Of a DNA stretch of 63,495 nt, positions 1-12,700 are shown piece by piece. Origin of the DNA: Octopus bimaculoides (Eukaryota); the NCBI RefSeq assembly GCF_001194135.2, contig NC_068989.1, positions 12,281,999 through 12,345,493 on the forward strand. The letters are read 5' to 3'. Numbering within the stretch: position 1 is the stretch's first letter; each line of letters opens with the position of its first letter. The translations under genes and the position numbers were made by a program. The notes beneath the pieces were generated by a model that made no database searches, was not told the origin of the DNA, and worked only from the letters and a program-made list of their open reading frames with translations.

Positions 1-774
1 TATATATATATAAGTAATATGTGACAATAATTCCGTAGCCAAGAAAGTTTGTATAAGTTTGATAAAATGATTGAAGGTGTAACTTAACTTACTAAAAATG
101 GAAAAGGGATTGATAATTTTATCCTAACTGTACTAAAATCTAAAAGATAAAAAAGATGAATATCGCGTATATGAGATAGCTCCGCTTAGAGTCACCTGTA
201 TTTGAGCAGCTTAAGCATCGGAATTAGAAGTAAAAGAAAGATAATATGGCGTCTCATATTATTGTAAGGAAACATAATTATTAAGAAGATGTGAAATAAT
301 TGATATTAAAATTCCTGGTGACGTTAGCTTGAGGATCAAAGCGCAAGAATGTATGAATTATTCTTATTTCAAATTTGATATTGCAATTAACGTGTCATTG
401 ACAAACGTGTTTATAATGATGCAAAATGTAACCACAATCAGTAACAAGCTATAACTTAGTTCAAAGTAGAAATCAAAATTTGGAAACATTTACACATGTA
501 ATTTATCAATAATATTCAGAATATTAGAAGGATGGATATAAACCTAATTTAAATCTATAAAGTTGAGAGTGAACAAAAAACCGCAAAAGGTGATTAAGGA
601 CCCAACAATTCCTTACCTAGCTAACTTTTACATGTTACAAGCTCTGCTAAAAATATATGAATCCGGAAGAAAAATAAGCAAAATGCTAATTTTAATAATT
701 ATAACAGGAGCAACAAGTGGCCTTCCGTTAGTTGCGACGACGATTGTTCCAGTTAATTAAAGCAAAGGAACAGC

Positions 775-995
775 CCACTCGGGAAATTAACACGGATACA
801 CTCACCATAGTTCTTAGGGAGAATCAGTGGGATACGGAATAGGACAAGGCTGGCGTTTTTGTATTACAAGTGCAACTCACTTTTGAATTGACTGGATCAA
901 CGGGAAAATAAATTATGTTGTTAAAAAGAGACGTCGTGCCGCCGGGGATCGAACTCATGATCTAAGGATCGGGTGGCGAATAACCGTAACCACTA
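775..995 (-). mobile_element. Old hybrid SINE (tRNA head, D-like core, C-like 3' module)
   Basis: Minus strand TAGTGGTTA..GAGTTCGATCCCCGG, a D-like core, then CACTTGTAATAC..GCCAGCCTTGTC..CTGATTCTCCCTAAGAACTATG, as in family C. Confidence 0.55.
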
Positions 996-2248
996 TATAT
1001 ATATAAATTCTTCAATCTCTCTACCCCTACCTCTCTCCTCTCCTTCCACGTGACCGGTGTTCGGCCATGTCTGACCATTCTTTCTTGGTCCGACTACCAT
1101 CAAATAAATTTCTATCGTAAGACCCGTCGTAAATTTTAAACGTCATTGATGTGTGTGTGTTTGTGTGAGTGAGCAGGTATAATGCTATTGAATGTAATAA
1201 CCTATATAATTTACTTTATTTTATACTATATAATTTCATTCTATTTTATTTCATTTCCTTGGAAAATCTGAAGATTTTCAGGACCTGTATATAATCGAAC
1301 TAAGTAACAATTCCTACATTTCATTTAACTGCACTATCAAATACTCGTATGTCTTTCCTTTTTAAACTCATTGAGATGACATTTGAGAGAAATTTAGTTA
1401 CTGGTTTTTTGCAACCCCGGCGACTATGTCCAGCTTTCACCTCTGGTTCGTGTGTAAACGCGTGCTTGTGTATTTGACTCTGTGAGCGGTGCATATGTAT
1501 TTCTTCAGTGTGCATAAACAATCGTACCATTAAGCAAACAATGTGTTTGATAGAAGCATGTTCTGCATCTTGTCTCATCCGCTTCTACAGCTACTTGCTT
1601 GCATTATGCTTTCTGGTTAGACGCCAAGTGGATCTTGTCCAAAATTTCTTAAAATTCCTACTAGCAGTTCGTAAATGGAACTATACAATGAAATGCACTA
1701 ATTGTGCTGAGTCTACAGTATTGGTTGGCCAAATTAGTTCCAGATTCTTGTAACATACGTGCTCACACATTTTCGCTCAACTATACCCACATACATAGAT
1801 GCATTTATGTATACTTACACACACGCACACACAAACACAAATGTAGATAGATACATATAAGCGTACATATTCATGCACACGGCATATTGAGACACATGAA
1901 TGCTTCTACGGAACGATACACACCACACACATGCACACACACACACAAACACACACGCAAACACAAACGCATGTAGGCACGTACATATGTACAAATATTG
2001 AAACACACAGGTGGTTGTAAACGCTGACATGAACATATTTATACACATACATACAGAGAAATACACTCAGATCGATGTCAAATGAGCGTTCAAAGCATCT
2101 TTGAAATCACCGGAAGTCAGGAAATCTTCGCCATCTTAACTTATATTGTCTTATGATGTCATACTCTTTCAAGCAAATATGTACCGGACATAAGAATCTT
2201 CAATGTCTTCCGATACTGTTTCAAATACATATGTACGCATCTATCTAT

Positions 2249-2323
<75 letters not shown>

Positions 2324-2944
2324 CACGCACATACACACATATTTATATAACGTCTGTCCCCTCTACTTTATATTGTAATGAAGATATGTTAATTGTTAAT
2401 GATGTTAATGCATTAAGAAACCTAAAGCTATTGATAGTAATTTTGCTGTATTCGTACTGAAACTCGCTTTTACATCCAATCCTAAAACTTCTTCAAGCAT
2501 TTGACCTCCTTTAATCCATCTCCCTTTAATCCCTCGTAGATTATATGAATGCTCTAATCTTCTCAATCCCCGGAACTAGGGCACTCTAAGTCACACCTAC
2601 TCTGTGCTTTAATTCACGTTCGTTTAATCTTAAAATATTGTATAATATTCACGTAACTTACAGCTGGGTTTTTGCAATTATATAACGCAGCATCTTTGTG
2701 TTTATAATTGCGTTCATATCTGTATGTAGATTTATTTAAATTCCGGTGAGTATACTGAGCATAGGAACCTGTATGCATGAAAAACAGGTATTCGCCTACA
2801 TTTATAGAATTCGTAAATGTGCTAATATATGTATTAATCTCACGCGTTACATAAATCATCCAACAAAAATACTTGAAAGTATTATACATACATACATTCA
2901 TACATACATACATACATACATGTATATATACATAGACACACATT

Positions 2945-3125
2945 CCTTTGTTTTTTTACTTCTTTCAGTCATTTGACAGTGGCTATGCTGGAGCGCACCA
3001 GGACATACTCTTTTTAAGCCTAGTACTTATTCTATCGGTTCTTTTTGCCCAACCGCTAAGTTACGAGGACGTAAACAGGTCAGCATCGGTTGTCAAGCGA
3101 TGTTGTGGGGACAAACACAGACACA
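2945..3125 (-). mobile_element. SINE family B 3' half (5' half absent or lost in the gap)
   Basis: CTTTCAGTCATTTGAC...CTAGTACTTATTCTATCGG...GGTTGTCAAGCGATG, then (CA)n and an N-gap. Confidence 0.85.
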
Positions 3126-3159
<34 letters not shown>

Positions 3160-3378
3160 NNNNNNNNNNNNNNNNNNNNNNNNNNNNNNNNNNNNNNNNN
3201 NNNNNNNNNNNNNNNNNNNNNNNNNNNNNNNNNNNNNNNNNNNNNNNNNNNNNNNNNNNNNNNNNNNNNNNNNNNNNNNNNNNNNNNNNNNNNNNNNNNN
3301 NNNNNNNNNNNNNNNNNNNNNNNNNNNNNNNNNNNNNNNNNNNNNNNNNNNNNNNNNNNNNNNNNNNNNNNNNNNNNN

Positions 3379-3419
<41 letters not shown>

Positions 3420-3868
3420 ACATACAGACATTCATATATGCATATGTCAGAGTACACATTTAACGTACATATATAATTAGCAATTCCTATGATAAAACTC
3501 CTGTTGCTTTCTCTCAGAAACGACGCTTTTTACGATGCTATTATCCACAAATGAAGTAATGCATAAAATGGAAATGAATAGCATGAATATATACATATAA
3601 ATATATATGTATGTATGTATATATATATATATATTTTTATATATATATACATTATATATACATACACTCACATATGCACACGAATGTATGTTTGTATTTA
3701 TCCATCATAGAACAACTTCGGGGCGGTACAAAAAATAATATTATATGCCTCGTATTTAAAAACTAGATTCTGCAATGAAAATTCAGTGAAAAGAATAACA
3801 AATACTGGTCTCATTTTTTTCCTCCCACCTTCCCTCTTTCTACCTATCTGCTTGCCTCCATCCTTCTC

Positions 3869-3935
<67 letters not shown>

Positions 3936-4672
3936 GCTTGCTTTTCCATTGAATAGAAACAACACAAAATCTATTGCATATGTACGCATTAATATACGGC
4001 AGTAATGAACGTCTAAACCTTAACCCCAGAATCTATATGCCAAAAGTCATATATCCATTCTTTTTTCATTTATTTCCTGAAACTTTTCCTGCTTCGTTAT
4101 TCTATTCCTTCAATTATTCATTTATAGATTACATTCATTTTGCTATGTTATTCATTTATAGCTAGTATGTTTATTTCATTGCCTCGCACAATCGGATGTG
4201 AAAAGCGGTATGTGATAGAAAGGTTAGAAATGAAACGAAAATATCACAAATTCCACCATGTTTTTTTTCACTCTCTCTCTGTCTCTCTCTCTCCCTCGGT
4301 CTCTCTTTTACTTTATTTTTCTTCTGGTGGTGTAATTTACTGCTATCGGAATCTATACACACATACAGTTATACTTGGTTACATATATGCAAATGTACAC
4401 ACGTACTTACGTATATATACACATATACACACTTACTTACAAACAGACAGAGAGACAGAGACGCACTAACACATACACACACAGACACCCACACACGCAC
4501 ACACCCATACGAACACCCACCAACACCCAATCCACATATATGCATGTATATATATATTAATATATATATATTTACGTGTTTGTGTGTGTAATGTATATAT
4601 ATAATATATATATATGTATATATATGTATACGTGTTTGTGTGTATTATATATGTATATATATATACATATAA

Positions 4673-4705
<33 letters not shown>

Positions 4706-4991
4706 NNNNNNNNNNNNNNNNNNNNNNNNNNNNNNNNNNNNNNNNNNNNNNNNNNNNNNNNNNNNNNNNNNNNNNNNNNNNNNNNNNNNNNNNNNNNNNN
4801 NNNNNNNNNNNNNNNNNNNNNNNNNNNNNNNNNNNNNNNNNNNNNNNNNNNNNNNNNNNNNNNNNNNNNNNNNNNNNNNNNNNNNNNNNNNNNNNNNNNN
4901 NNNNNNNNNNNNNNNNNNNNNNNNNNNNNNNNNNNNNNNNNNNNNNNNNNNNNNNNNNNNNNNNNNNNNNNNNNNNNNNNNNNNNNNNNNN

Positions 4992-5055
<64 letters not shown>

Positions 5056-5667
5056 AGTACATATGTATGTATTTAATTAGAAATCACTTCAGTGCTGCTC
5101 TGGCATTTTCGTTATCACCTGAATGTTCAACGGTTGGTGTCACACAAACTGAAGGTGACAGCGGGATGTCATTTCTTTAATAGAAACAGTGCATACGACA
5201 ACCTATACGTATAATTCTGTACGCTTGCATGTAGTTCCTTTTCATATGTCTGTGTGGTATTTGATTCGTCCTCGTTAAAGTGAATCAGTGAGAAAATCTA
5301 ATGAAAATGAGAAGAAAGGAAATAAAAACTGTGAAAGATGTAAAGTTTTCTCGTTTATAATTATTTTAGGCTGTTTTGCTTCGAAATATATTTCAGTATT
5401 TAGAAATTGCACATGGTGTTGAAGCTTTCAAATGATAAGAAATTATCTTAAAGTACATTTAGCATGAAACGATCAACACGCTTTTGGGGAGACGTATTCG
5501 TGTGAATGCGGTTGAGTTGCTTAGTTCGCGATCATGTGCTTGTAGGTTCGATCTGGGAGGCACTTATTTGACCAGCTTCAAATAGAATTCTAGTCGAACA
5601 TATACTTTGTCAGGTGTGCAGCTATTATGCAGACACTCGTCTTGTAAAGATGTATGAGTGTAATATA

Positions 5668-5879
5668 CAGTAATCCCTCGACTATCGCGTGTTACGTTCC
5701 AAAACTCCCCGTGATGGTTTAAAATCCGCGAAGCAGAAACAGTACTGTACTGTATATATTTTTTTATAATTTGTATATATTTATTTTATTATAAATGCAA
5801 AACAACACCACGGAGGAATCGACGTAAGCTTAAATAGTAAACCGCGATAGATGAACCGCGATATGACGAAAGGTTACTG
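5668..5879. mobile_element. pogo/Tigger-like MITE, TA target duplication
   Basis: Starts TA|CAGTAATCCCTCGACTATCGCG and ends CGCGATATGACGAAAGGTTACTG|TA. The terminal inverted repeats are imperfect, the element is 212 bp and non-coding. Confidence 0.75.
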
Positions 5880-6411
5880 TATTGCAAAGCATTCTGCCCG
5901 GCGTGCTAACGATTGTGCCAGTTTGCCGTTTTAAGCTTCACCTTTAATATTATCCGCTTAATTACATGCTGTGCTCAGCAGACGCGTTCAAGCCGTATGT
6001 TCTTCAAAGAGCTACACTGTTGCGTGAAGGTAGGATATGTTAACGGTATTTTCGTTAAGAAATTGGTAGAAAACTCCTAGTGTCATATGTCGAGGGTTGT
6101 GATTGGCTATAAATTAAATGCATGTAATTTTATTAATTTTTTTTTTTTCATGCAAAAGATACTTTCGCTCATTAAACAACTTGGAAAAAGCATTTGTTAT
6201 TTCAATAATGAGATTTCAGATTTTTGTTCAAAAGATCTATTCAAACATATTCGAATCGTGCAAGTGCGTTTCCCGCACCGAAGCCTGATCTGGGCTTGCT
6301 ATGGTAAAAGGATGTTAAGTAATATAAACTATCATTTCCTTGCAGAAAAACAAAGTCAATGTTGATAGTTAGAGAAACACTCTCAGAAATTTAAGAAACA
6401 CTGCTCAGAAA

Positions 6412-7015
6412 GGCGGCCACCTGGTAGAAACGTCAGCACGCCGGGAAAACTGCTTAGCGATATTTCGTCTGTCTTTACGTTCTGAGTTCAAATTCCGCCG
6501 AGGTCGACTTTGCCTTTCATCGTTTCGGGGTCGATTAAATAAGTACCAGTTACGCACTGGAATCGATATAATCGACTTAATCCGTTTGTCTGTCCTTGTT
6601 TGTCCCCTCTGTGTGTAGCCCCTTGTGGGCAATACAGAAATAAGAATTTTCAGAAACACTGCTCAGAAAGGCGGCGAGTTGGTAGAATCGTTAGCACGCC
6701 GGGCGAAATGCTTAGCGGTATTTCGTCTGCCGTTAAGTTCTGAGTTCAAATTCCGCCGAGGTCGACTTAGCCTTTCATCGTTTCGGGGTCGATTAAATAA
6801 GTACCAGTTACGCACTGGAGTCAATATAATCGACTTAATCCCTTTGTCTGTCCTTGTTTGTCCCCTCTATGTTTAGCCCCTTGTGGGCAATAAAGAAATA
6901 AGAAACGTTAGCACACCGGGCGAAATGCTTAACGGTATTCGACTTAATCCGTTTGTCTGTCCTTGTTTGTTCCCCTCTGTGTGTAGCCCCTTGTGGGCAG
7001 TAAAGAAATAAGAAA
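6412..7015 (+). mobile_element. SINE family A, head-to-tail triple array (6412-6646, 6670-6901, 6902-7015 internally deleted)
   Basis: tRNA-like head with A box (TGGTAGAATCGTTAG) and B box (GAGTTCAAATTCC), body GCCTTTCATCNTTTCGGGGTCGAT..AAGTACCAG, tail-i TTGTCCCCTCT..TAGCCCCTTGTGGGCA.TAAAGAAATAAGAA. The 18 bp AGAAACACTGCTCAGAAA occurs at 6394-6411 and 6652-6669. Confidence 0.9.
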
Positions 7016-7134
7016 TATAAGTTATGATATTAATAATAATGACAATGGTAATGACTTACATAAATGACGTTGATAATTTTTGACAACGGGAGATGGGGAA
7101 AGAATGGTTTTTATATTTTGGTAATAATCCTACA

Positions 7135-7500
7135 TCTCTGAGGCGTGGGGCAGTCGATTATGTCGACTTTAGTGTTCGGTTGATGCATATTTTTTCGATC
7201 CGGACAAGATGAAGGTTAAAGTCGACCTCGGCGGAATATGAACTCTAAATGTAACGATTCTTCAACTTCGCCACCTTAGAGAGCAAAATAAATAATCCTT
7301 TCTAAAAAAGGCTCAAGGCCTGAAATTTTGGGTGGAATGGGGCTAGTCGATTAGATCGACCCAAGTATGTAACCGGTCCTTAATTTAACGACCCCGAAAG
7401 GAGGAAAGGCCAAGTCGACCTCAGCGGAATTTGAACTCTAACTGTAACACAACTGGGTACTTTGTCTGGCATCCCGACGATCCTTCCAGCTCACCGCTTT
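7135..7500 (-). mobile_element. Two older family A (tail-ii) copies
   Basis: AGTCGATTA..TCGAC...AAAGTCGACCTCGGCGGAAT.TGAACTC occurs twice (7135-7260, 7300-7500). Confidence 0.75.
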
Positions 7501-7535
7501 AGAAAACGAAATAAATAATGTAGCAATGGTAGTGT

Positions 7536-7579
<44 letters not shown>

Positions 7580-8474
7580 TCGGTAGTTATTTTGGTTGTA
7601 CTGTTGATGGTGATGATTTTGGGGGTAGCACTGTGATTACTGTCTGAGTACAAGCGTGCCAGATGGTCGAGGTTTTTCTACAATTAAATCAGAAATAAAG
7701 AGCATGTAAGTGATAGCAGACTGAAATATCATGCACGCGCGTATATATATATGTGTGTATGTGTGCGTTTTGTGCGCTTAGTGCGTGCGTCTGCATGCGT
7801 GTACGCGCGCGTGTGGGATACAGTTTACATGTTTGGTGAGGAGGTATGTGTTGATAGATTCCTGCCGCAAACGGGAAGGTTGGTGAATGGGTGTGTAATT
7901 CAGAAGATGATAGATTATGGTAACTTTTATGTTAACTTGAGACACTCACTGGACTATCTTAGTATATGTGTGTGTGTGTGTGTGTATTCACTGCGGTAGG
8001 AGTGTTTGCCGTATTCGTAGAGATGCGGCTGCGTCATGATATTTCTGGAGTAAGAGGATATAAGAAAGTTAGCAGATATACTTAGAGAGGTTCGGCTCGT
8101 TATACTGAGCTGAGTTAGTTTAAAAGAAAGCACCTTAGGGCAGACATTTTTGATAGCGTGAAGGATGATGGTGTAGACAACTTTGATGAAAATATTTAAT
8201 GACTGACAGTGTTATGGGTGTTGCAGGGGTTACGGCGAGTGAAAGTGATAAACAAGGAGCGTCAGTGAGATTAAGTAGGGAAACATTGAATAACAATAAC
8301 AACGATAGCAAAAAAAAAAAAAATTGTATTACCAACGCTAAGTGTACATCAACGACCCCTAACTACAACAGCAGGGGAAATATAGAGAAGATATATAAAA
8401 ATCACTGACACAACATTAAATTAAATAAGCACTTCTGTGCATATTTACGGTTTGTTGTGGAGAACTTCGCTAGG

Positions 8475-8520
<46 letters not shown>

Positions 8521-9014
8521 TTATCTATCTATCTATCTTATCTATGCGTATAGAGACACACACGCACACACACATATACACACATATATAATTATTGTTA
8601 TTATTATTTTTATTTTACTATTATCATTATTAAGTTTGAAAACGGAGAAATCTAATGGATACAAATTAATATATAAAATATTTCAGCGTTCGCTACTTTA
8701 CCCTCGTTCTAACGACCCTCCATGTTTCTTTTCGTTCGGTTTCCTTGCATGTCTCCACTGTCTTATTTTTGTTACCAACTTTGACCCTCCAAAAATCCCA
8801 AATTTTATTTTGGCTTTTGTAGGCGCAACTGCTTTCGAAGACTCATATTGTCGTTCAATACTCGAAATAAGGAGCAGATGAACAGCCGACAACTGATGAA
8901 GGGTCGTTCTTTATGTTATTTGTCCTGTCTTCCATTTTTCTTCTCTCATTGTTTGCGTATTCAACTCAATGGCTTTCGTATTTCATGTTGTTTACGGTTC
9001 GTGACGTCCTGTAC

Positions 9015-9050
<36 letters not shown>

Positions 9051-9201
9051 NNNNNNNNNNTCTATCTATCTTTCTGTCTGTCTGTCTGTCTGTATGTCTG
9101 TCTATCTATCTATCTGTCTGTATGTCTGTCTATCTATCTATCTATTTATCTATCTATCTATGTATCTTTGTTTGTTTGTTTGTTTCTTTCTTTCTTTCTA
9201 A

Positions 9202-9239
<38 letters not shown>

Positions 9240-9869
9240 GTCTATCAATAAATTTCTATGATAAATACGTAAGTGCTTACTATCGGAATTGGCCGACAGC
9301 AACCGATCTCACTCATGAATCGTACGTTAATATGAGAGACTAGACGCCTAGTCTGAGAGATTCTGGATTCGGCCATGGTCCAGTTTCTTCCCCTGTCAGT
9401 GGACGTGTTTATATTTGTGCACTTCTAAAAGCTCAATGAGAATTTTACTCCTATCTCTAGCAATGTAGGTGTCTCGGAATCCTTAGTCACATTAATGACG
9501 ACTAAATTTTTCTATTATGGTATATATACATATATATACGCGTGTGTGTATCTATCTATATATATATATATATACATACACATATGTGTGTGTACATATA
9601 TACATGTGTGCGTGTGTGTAAAAGCAAGGGAAGTACGTCATCTTTAATAGCTCATATATAACAAATATGCTATTTACAAAATATTTCACCCAGCAAACAA
9701 CTAATTTATTTGATATCGTCTGTTCCGGTTTATTTTGGGAGTTGACTACTTCGGTTATAACCCGATGGTTGACACATTTCCTTAAAAGATTTAATCATAT
9801 TGCATATATTTTATTGTCTGCATGCACTGAATATTAATACTTTATGATTACAACCGATCAATTCCTAGC

Positions 9870-9911
9870 GATATCTGAAGAAGGAATTTTTATATTTCGA
9901 AATATTATATC
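9870..9911 (+). ncRNA. Minimal (Penelope-type) type I hammerhead ribozyme motif
   Basis: GAUAU-CUGAAGA-A-GGAAU-uuuuau-AUUUC-GAAA-UA-U-U-AUAUC. Stem I is 5 bp (GAUAU/AUAUC) and stem II is 5 bp with one GU pair. The palindrome AUAU replaces stem III and H17 is U. Confidence 0.6.
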
Positions 9912-10412
9912 AGACTACAAAGAATTAAATTATAACAGTTATTAAAGTTCACTCTGCATTCTTGTGCCATTCAAGACACGTTATATTTCACAGATATATA
10001 TATATATANNNNNNNNNNNNNNNNNNNNNNNNNNNNNNNNNNNNNNNNNNNNNNNNNNNNNNNNNNNNNNNNNNNNNNNNNNNNNNNNNNNNNNNNNNNN
10101 NNNNNNNNNNNNNNNNNNNNNNNNNNNNNNNNNNNNNNNNNNNNNNNNNNNNNNNNNNNNNNNNNNNNNNNNNNNNNNNNNNNNNNNNNNNNNNNNNNNN
10201 NNNNNNNNNNNNNNNNNNNNNNNNNNNNNNNNNNNNNNNNNNNNNNNNNNNNNNNNNNNNNNNNNNNNNNNNNNNNNNNNNNNNNNNNNNNNNNNNNNNN
10301 NNNNNNNNNNNNNNNNNNNNNNNNNNNNNNNNNNNNNNNNNNNNNNNNNNNNNNNNNNNNNNNNNNNNNNNNNNNNNNNNNNNNNNNNNNNNNNNNNNNN
10401 NNNNNNNNNNNN

Positions 10413-10463
<51 letters not shown>

Positions 10464-10883
10464 CATATACATATATATACATGTACATACATACATACAT
10501 ACACACACACGCACACACACACACATGTGCATATAATACATGCAAGGTTTTGTATATCAGTCTGTTTTATTTTTTTTTGCTAAATATTTCTTTGTCTATA
10601 GAAATAGACTTTTTCATATTTTTGCCTCCGGAAATTAATGAAACTGCCACATCCGGTTTGTAGTGGTGCTAATTTCAGCCGGCATCTTTAGTGAAAAGCT
10701 GTCTGAGTGAGAGTCAAACAAGGAAAGTCTTGTGTTTGTTCTGATAAATAGATATTGGCAGATATTAATGTAAGAATATTTTGATGAAATTTCACCACAC
10801 GTAAGATCCTCCAGTTATTTATTATGGCTGTCAGGGTGATTTTGTCTAGCGACTGGTTTGCTGTGTGAGGAAGAGGTTATTGT

Positions 10884-10915
<32 letters not shown>

Positions 10916-11227
10916 TGTTGTTATTTTTATTGTTGTCATTGTTGTTGTTGCTGTAGTTGCTGGGTGGTGTGGGAGGTAGCGTTAGTAGTAGTAGTCAAAA
11001 ACAATTTGATACTGATCGTAGTGTTGTTAGTCCGTGTGATGTTTATCCGAGCATATGGATAAAGTGTTGTGGTTCTATTTTTTGTTGCTGTTGAATACGT
11101 TCGTGTTGTCCAATTCAGCTCTGGTCGAGCAAACCCAAACCCATAGCGAAAATTATTTTAGCCATGGTTAAGGCAACCTATCCTTGGGGAAGAGTATATC
11201 CGTCCACCCCCCCCCCAAATATTAATA

Positions 11228-11666
11228 GGCTTGGCTTGGCTTGGTGGTAAGAAGCCTGCTTCCGAACCAGACGGTTCCGAGTTCAGTCCCACTGCTGGGC
11301 ACCTCGAGCGAGCATTCTTTTACAATAGTATTGGGCCAACCAAAGCCTTGTGAGTAGCTTTGTTTCGCGTAAACTGCAAGAAGCCCGTGCTGTATATATA
11401 TATATATATATGTATATTTGTGTGGGTGTGGGTGTCTTTGTGTCTGTGGCCCCCACAATCACTTGACAACCGCTGTTGGTGTGTTTATGTTCCCGAAACT
11501 TAGCGTGTCAGCAAAGAGACCAATGGAATAAGAACTAAGCTTATGTCCTGAATTAGAATTACGCTTTATGTCCTGGCGTCGATTTCTTCGACTAACACAT
11601 TTTAAGGTGGTGCTCCAGTATGACCGTAGTCAAATGACTGAAACATGTAAAAGAATAAAAGAATAA
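11228..11666 (+). mobile_element. SINE family B, full length, diverged
   Basis: Same modular order, ending AAAAGAATAAAAGAATAA. Confidence 0.85.
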
Positions 11667-11989
11667 AACGTCTTTTCTGTGTCATTTCTAGGATATCAGA
11701 GTATTTATTCCAGAGAAAATTTACACCTGCTTGAATAAAGTAACTCGAAAACGCTGTGGCTTTGTTGCAGACATACGATTTCGTTGTCTTGTTTTCGATA
11801 TTACGACCAGATTAACTCCAATCAAACAATACTATGCGATAAAACAACGAGTAAGAACTTCTCAAATCCTTCTTTCTTACTACCATAACCGCCTGGCTGT
11901 AAAACTCAATCTTCACACTTCGTCATGCTGTGATGAGCTTTATGAAGTACGGGGTGATAGTTGAGACATTGCATATTCAGTTTTGCTCC

Positions 11990-12700
11990 TTACTCTTTTC
12001 AGTCTTTGGACTGCAGCCAAGCAGGGGCAGAACATAGAAGGGTTTTAAAAGTAGACATTAACACCATCACTTATATTTAAGTATGACGTTTAAGATATCG
12101 ATCTCTTTTGCGTAACCACTAAATGACGTGGATTTATACAAACCTACGTGGTTGTCAAAGTGTGTGTGGGAGACATCAAGCACAAAGAGGCACATACACA
12201 TACATATAACCATTTGGTTGGCACTCCGTCACTTACGACGACGAGGGTTCCAGTTGATCCGATCAACGGAACAGCCTGCTCGTGAAATTAACGTGCAAGT
12301 GGCTGAGCACTCCACAGACACGTGCACCCTTAACGTAGTTCTCGGGGAGATTCAGCGTGACAAAGACTGTGACAAGGCTGGGCCTTTGAATTACAGGCAC
12401 AACAGAAACAGGAAGTAAGAGTGAGAGAAAGTTGTGGTGGAAGAGTACAGCAGGGTTCGCCACCATCCCCTGCCGGAGCCTCGTGGAGCTTTAGGTGTTT
12501 TCGCTCAATAAACACTCACAATGCCCGGTCTGGGAATCGAAACCGCGATCCTACGACCGCGAGTCCGCTGCCCTAACCACTGGGCCATTGCGCCTCCACA
12601 TATAACCATTTATATATACGATGATCTTCCGTATAGTTTCCGTCTATCAACTTCACTAACAAGATATTGGTCGTCTCGGGACCTATCATAAGCCTGTTTG
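11990..12700 (-). mobile_element. Old family B copy interrupted by a family C insertion
   Basis: B 3' motifs at about 11990-12200 and B 5' motifs at about 12612-12700 flank the C element. Confidence 0.6.
12216..12597 (-). mobile_element. SINE family C, full length, 14 bp TSD
   Basis: tRNA-like head GTGGAGGCGCAATGGCCCAGTGGTTAGGGCAGCGGACTCGCGG..GGTTTCGATTCCC. TSD ACATATAACCATTT at 12202-12215 and 12598-12611. Confidence 0.92.

Noticed and set aside
1321-1755. Possible decayed LINE coding remnant
   Set aside because: No diagnostic RT or endonuclease motif could be read in any frame.
6412-7015. Regularly spaced repeats that might suggest a CRISPR array
   Set aside because: The units are ~240 bp SINE copies without unique spacers, the DNA is eukaryotic and there are no cas genes.
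8885-8930. CTGATGAAGGG near a strong plus-strand acceptor-like site (8820)
   Set aside because: There is no downstream GAAA or stems, and no convincing reading frame or donor for an exon.
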